Shown here: positions 60,385-64,000 of the stretch, piece by piece
How the letters are laid out: every line of letters begins with the position of its first letter
Position numbering within the stretch: the first letter of the stretch is position 1
Source: Candidatus Moraniibacteriota bacterium
Lineage (GTDB): Bacteria; Patescibacteriota; Minisyncoccia; Moranbacterales; UBA1568
NCBI GenBank assembly: GCA_030648835.1
Contig: JAUSGT010000002.1
Span: forward strand, 89,665-153,664
DNA length: 64,000 bases
Direction: 5' to 3'
Made by a program: the position numbers and the translations under genes
The notes under the pieces: generated by a model
The model's input: the letters and a program-made list of their open reading frames with translations, nothing else
What the model was told of the DNA's origin: nothing
The model's database searches: none

Positions 60385-60969
60385 ATGAAGAATCAATACC
60401 TCATTCCCATGGTGGTGGAGAAAACAAATTTTGGTGAGCGCGCCTACGACATTTATTCGCGTCTTCTGAAGGACCGTATCATCTTTATCGGCGCGCCGAT
60501 TGATGATGGTGTCGCCAACGTGGTCATCGCGCAGCTTTTGTTTCTCGAATCGCAGAATGCCAAGGAGGATATCAAGATGTATATCAATTCTCCCGGAGGC
60601 GCCGTCACATCGGCGCTCGCCATCTATGATACGATGCAGTATGTGAAGCCGGAAGTGCAGACTATCTGCATCGGTATGGCGGCTTCGGCGGCGGCGCTCT
60701 TGCTTGCGGCCGGGAAAAAGGGCAAGCGCATGGCGCTCCCCAATAGCGAGGTGCTCATTCATCAGGTGTTGGGCGGTACTCAGGGTCAGGCCACAGACGT
60801 GGATATTCACGCCCGCCATATTCTAAAGACCCGCGATCGTCTGAACAAAATTCTGGCCAAACATACCGGACAAAAGTTGCAGAAGATCGAGCAAGACACC
60901 GAGCGTGATTATTTTATGAGTGCGGAAGAAGCCCTCAAATACGGCATCGTGGATAAGGTAATCCAGTAG
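60385..60969 (+). CDS. clpP: Clp protease proteolytic subunit
   Basis: [27 protein letters not shown]. Confidence 0.97.
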   Translation: MKNQYLIPMVVEKTNFGERAYDIYSRLLKDRIIFIGAPIDDGVANVVIAQLLFLESQNAKEDIKMYINSPGGAVTSALAIYDTMQYVKPEVQTICIGMAASAAALLLAAGKKGKRMALPNSEVLIHQVLGGTQGQATDVDIHARHILKTRDRLNKILAKHTGQKLQKIEQDTERDYFMSAEEALKYGIVDKVIQ

Positions 60970-61212
60970 TAGTTTTTAGTGATAGAAAAAATCTGCTTTT
61001 GGGCAGATTTTTTGTTTTTTCTCTTGCAAGCAACCTCCCCGGGAGCCATTTCGTTTGTCCAACGACGAACTCCACTTATGAACTTTTTTTGATCTGCCGA
61101 AACGGCAGCACCCTGCCTACCGGCAGGCAGGCATGCTCAAAAAAACTTCAACTCTCCCGGGAAGATTCTTGCGGCGAGAAATCTTTTTTGTGTCAAACAC
61201 AATTTTCAAATA

Positions 61213-62778
61213 CTACTTCAGCGTTGAAAGGAGACTGGCACCGTTCATTTCGACGGGCTTTTCTATTTCCATAATATCGAGGACGGTGGGAGCAATATCG
61301 GAGAGCAACCCGTTGACTTCATTCTGTTCACGCATCATCTGTTCGGCGCTTTTTTCGCGGTGGTTGTCGGGAGTGATATACCAGAGTGGAATCGGGTTGG
61401 TAGAGTGTTCGGTGTCGATTTCTCCGGTGGAAGCTCTCTTCAATTCTTCAACGTTGCCGTGGTCGGATGTGACAATCATCGCTCCGCCGACCTTAAGAAC
61501 AGCCGGGACGACAATAGAGAGACTCTTGTCGGTAGCTTCGACGGCTTTGATGGAGGCTTCTTCGTTGCCGGTATGACCGACCATATCTGGGCTAGCATAA
61601 TTGACGAGAATGAAATCGTATTCTTTCTTTTCCAGCGCGGCGATGAGCGCCTCGGTGATTTGCGGCGAGCTCATTTCCGGAACCTCATCAAAGTGTGAGA
61701 CGGTCGGAGAGGGGATAAGGAGACGGTCCTCTCCCGGGAAAGCTTTTTCCTTGCCACCGTTGAAAAAGTAGGTGACGTGAGCGTATTTTTCCGTTTCGGC
61801 GATACGGAGCTGTTTTTTATTGTGGAGACTCAAAATTTCGCCGAGGCCGTGTTCCACATCTTCGGGTGGAAATGCGACGTGCGCCGGCAATCCGCGTTCA
61901 TGCTCCGTGAAGGTGGCGAAATAGATGTCCATGAGTTTTCGTTTGAAGCCGTCAAAATCCGGCAGAGTGAATGCTCTGGTCAATTCGCGCGCGCGGTCTT
62001 CACGGAAGTTGAAAAAAATGACCGCGTCTTTGTTCTCTATGAGAGCGATAGGCTTGTCTTTCTCAACCATAACAATAGGCTCGATGTATTCGTCGGTGAT
62101 ATTTTTGATATAGGACTGCTCGAGGACCATAAGCGGATCGGTGGCTGTTTTTTCCGTTCCCTCGGTCAACATCCGATAGGTTTTTTCGATACGATCCCAG
62201 TTGTTGTTGCGATCCATAGAGAAATTGCGACCGGAAAGGCTGGCAACTTTTCCGATGCCGACAAGGCGCATTTCACGCATCAAGTCTTTAACTTGTTGGA
62301 TTCCCGCCGTCGGGGCCGAATCGCGTCCATCGGTAAAAATATGGACATACACTTCACTCAGGCCTTCGCTTTTGGCGAGACGCAGAAGCGCAAGCAAGTG
62401 ATCCCGGTGCGAGTGGACCGAACCGGAACTGACAAGTCCCATCAGATGCAACTTGCTCTGGTTTTTCTTGACGGTATGTACGGTCTCCAGGAGAATTTCG
62501 TTTTTAAAAAAACTGCCGTCTTGGATAGAAAGCGAGATGCGAGGCATATTCTGATAGATGACACGTCCGGCGCCCATTGTCATATGGCCGACCTCGCTGT
62601 TCCCCGCGGTGTTCCACGGCAAGCCAACGGAAATCCCCGAGGCCTGCAGGGTGGTCATCGGGTAGAAACGATTCAGTTTTTCAAAAGTTGGCGTGGTGGC
62701 CTCTCGGATGGGGTTGCCCTGGATATTGTTCGAGATACCCCAGCCGTCGAGAACGACAAGAATAAGAGGTTTATACAT
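61213..62778 (-). CDS. gpmI: 2,3-BPG-independent phosphoglycerate mutase
   Basis: LDGWG, GNSEVGH, DGRD, ETEKYAHVT, DMVGH, SDHGN. Confidence 0.96.
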   Translation of the reverse strand: MYKPLILVVLDGWGISNNIQGNPIREATTPTFEKLNRFYPMTTLQASGISVGLPWNTAGNSEVGHMTMGAGRVIYQNMPRISLSIQDGSFFKNEILLETVHTVKKNQSKLHLMGLVSSGSVHSHRDHLLALLRLAKSEGLSEVYVHIFTDGRDSAPTAGIQQVKDLMREMRLVGIGKVASLSGRNFSMDRNNNWDRIEKTYRMLTEGTEKTATDPLMVLEQSYIKNITDEYIEPIVMVEKDKPIALIENKDAVIFFNFREDRARELTRAFTLPDFDGFKRKLMDIYFATFTEHERGLPAHVAFPPEDVEHGLGEILSLHNKKQLRIAETEKYAHVTYFFNGGKEKAFPGEDRLLIPSPTVSHFDEVPEMSSPQITEALIAALEKKEYDFILVNYASPDMVGHTGNEEASIKAVEATDKSLSIVVPAVLKVGGAMIVTSDHGNVEELKRASTGEIDTEHSTNPIPLWYITPDNHREKSAEQMMREQNEVNGLLSDIAPTVLDIMEIEKPVEMNGASLLSTLK

Positions 62779-62828
62779 GGTGGATTTTTTTTCTTTAGTT
62801 CTTGCTCTATGATAACATCCTTCTTCCT

Positions 62829-62857
62829 TTGACAAAAGGCGCCTACACGACTATGAT
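62829..62857 (+). promoter_or_regulatory. Sigma70-like promoter upstream of rny leader
   Basis: TTGACA-17 nt-TATGAT. Confidence 0.7.
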
Positions 62858-62889
62858 GGACATACAGTATTAAATAGTTGATTTCTGCC

Positions 62890-63045
62890 CCTAGTCTGAT
62901 AGCGAGGTTTTGGAAGAGTGTAAAAGCGTTTTAGGCATTATGTCACAGAACTTTTTGGCACATCGTGCATTTGAGAATAGAACAACTCCTTCCGTAAGGG
63001 GCGGTGTTCTGGCGCTCTCTTCTCCCTATCGTCTCTGCGCAGCGC
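62890..63045 (+). ncRNA. Candidate 6S-like RNA / structured leader
   Basis: Ends can pair (GATAG.GAG..GAAGAGTGT with GCGCTCTCTTCTCCCTATC); lies directly upstream of rny. Confidence 0.3.
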
Positions 63046-63051
63046 ATATAT

Positions 63052-64000
63052 ATGACATTCAGTCTGATGTATTTTCTTCTTTCCGTCGTGCTTCTTATAG
63101 CCGGCGTGGTGTTGGGGTATCTTGTTAGACAAAATCTCGCCAAGAGACAGCTTTCTACTGCTGAAGGCCAGGTGGCGAAGATGATCGAGGAAGCCGATAT
63201 GAAGGCAAAAGAGATGATGATCGAGGCCAAGAACAAGGCTGTCGATATTCTTGAAGATGCCAAGAAAAACGAACAGGCGCGGGAGGGGAAACTTCTCATT
63301 CAGGAAGAGCGGCTCGAGAAACGTGAAGCACAGACAGAGAAAGGGATTCAGGATATCGATACGGAAAAACGGCGTTTGCTTCAAAAAGCCGAGGAGATCA
63401 AGGCTATTCGGGAAGAAACGGAAAAATTGCGCCAGGAAGAACTGACGCGTTTAGAAGTGTTGTCAAAGCTTTCCAAAGACGAAGCCCAGGCAAAAATCTT
63501 TTCTTTGGTTGAAGAAGAAAGCAAAGAGGCTTTGGTGAAGCGCATGTCGAAACTTGAGAACGAAAGTCACGAGGAACTGGAAAAGCGTTCACTCAATATC
63601 ATGGCGACGATCATTCAAAAATACTCCCGCTCCCATGTTTCTGAATTTACGACCACGACGGTGGCTATCCCCTCTGATGAGGTAAAAGGAAAAATTATCG
63701 GCAAAGAAGGACGGAATATTCGGGCGCTGGAAAAAGAAACCGGCGTGGAACTTATCGTTGACGATACGCCGGAGACGGTGATTATTTCCGGTTTTGATCC
63801 GGTGCGGCGCGAAATCGCCCGTATCGCCTTGGAAAAACTCGTGGCTGACGGGCGTATTCATCCGGCGCGTATCGAAGAGGCAGTCGAGGAAGCCAAGAAA
63901 GAACTGGATACGAAGATCAAGGAAGCCGGTGAAGCGGCAGCCTATGACGCCGGGATTGCCGGACTGCATCCCAAACTCCTCTATATTTTGGGACGTTTGC
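63052..64000 (+). CDS. rny: Ribonuclease Y (partial; absent from ORF track)
   Basis: N-terminal TM, coiled coil, KH motif [33 protein letters not shown]. Confidence 0.96.
   Translation, partial: MTFSLMYFLLSVVLLIAGVVLGYLVRQNLAKRQLSTAEGQVAKMIEEADMKAKEMMIEAKNKAVDILEDAKKNEQAREGKLLIQEERLEKREAQTEKGIQDIDTEKRRLLQKAEEIKAIREETEKLRQEELTRLEVLSKLSKDEAQAKIFSLVEEESKEALVKRMSKLENESHEELEKRSLNIMATIIQKYSRSHVSEFTTTTVAIPSDEVKGKIIGKEGRNIRALEKETGVELIVDDTPETVIISGFDPVRREIARIALEKLVADGRIHPARIEEAVEEAKKELDTKIKEAGEAAAYDAGIAGLHPKLLYILGRL

Noticed and set aside
42121-63969. Long antisense ORFs (e.g. 42693-43691, 44288-45247, 49819-51057, 61777-62832)
   Set aside because: Shadows of well-supported housekeeping genes, with no motifs of their own
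1-64000. CRISPR array or cas genes (MpAgo itself is CRISPR-associated)
   Set aside because: No regularly spaced repeat-spacer units and no cas motifs seen

Overview
This window looks like a Patescibacteria (CPR, probably Parcubacteria) chromosome segment; that is inferred from the VirB2-like pilin cluster, the gene repertoire and standard code 11. The left ~28.5 kb is accessory DNA. Positions ~1-15.7 kb are an integrative element carrying a TopoVI-A/Mini-A-like TOPRIM gene, a rolling-circle HUH Rep and two candidate defence modules. Module 1 is a C5 cytosine methyltransferase plus a four-gene GHKL-ATPase/DUF6339 operon. Module 2, the top finding, is a structured RNA leader followed by a two-gene operon: a receptor-like two-TM protein with a cytoplasmic Swt1-type HEPN RNase, and a compact, apparently PAZ-less Argonaute with an intact DEDD tetrad that resembles the 5'-OH-guide MpAgo clade. 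From 15.6 to 26.3 kb, repeated tRNA-Asn-like 3' ends, mostly preceded by a reverse-strand recombinase-like C-terminal tail and followed by a related hairpin, suggest serial integrations at one tRNA hotspot. The right ~35 kb is mostly core: truncated purH, an ApbE flavinylation cluster, tRNA-Leu/Pro/Ser with two small GIY-YIG genes, cca, infB, typA, a six-gene pilin array, nusA, ppa, tig, clpP, gpmI and partial rny, with REP-like and MITE-like palindromes. No CRISPR array or rRNA was seen. All family assignments come from motif recognition; no database searches were run.
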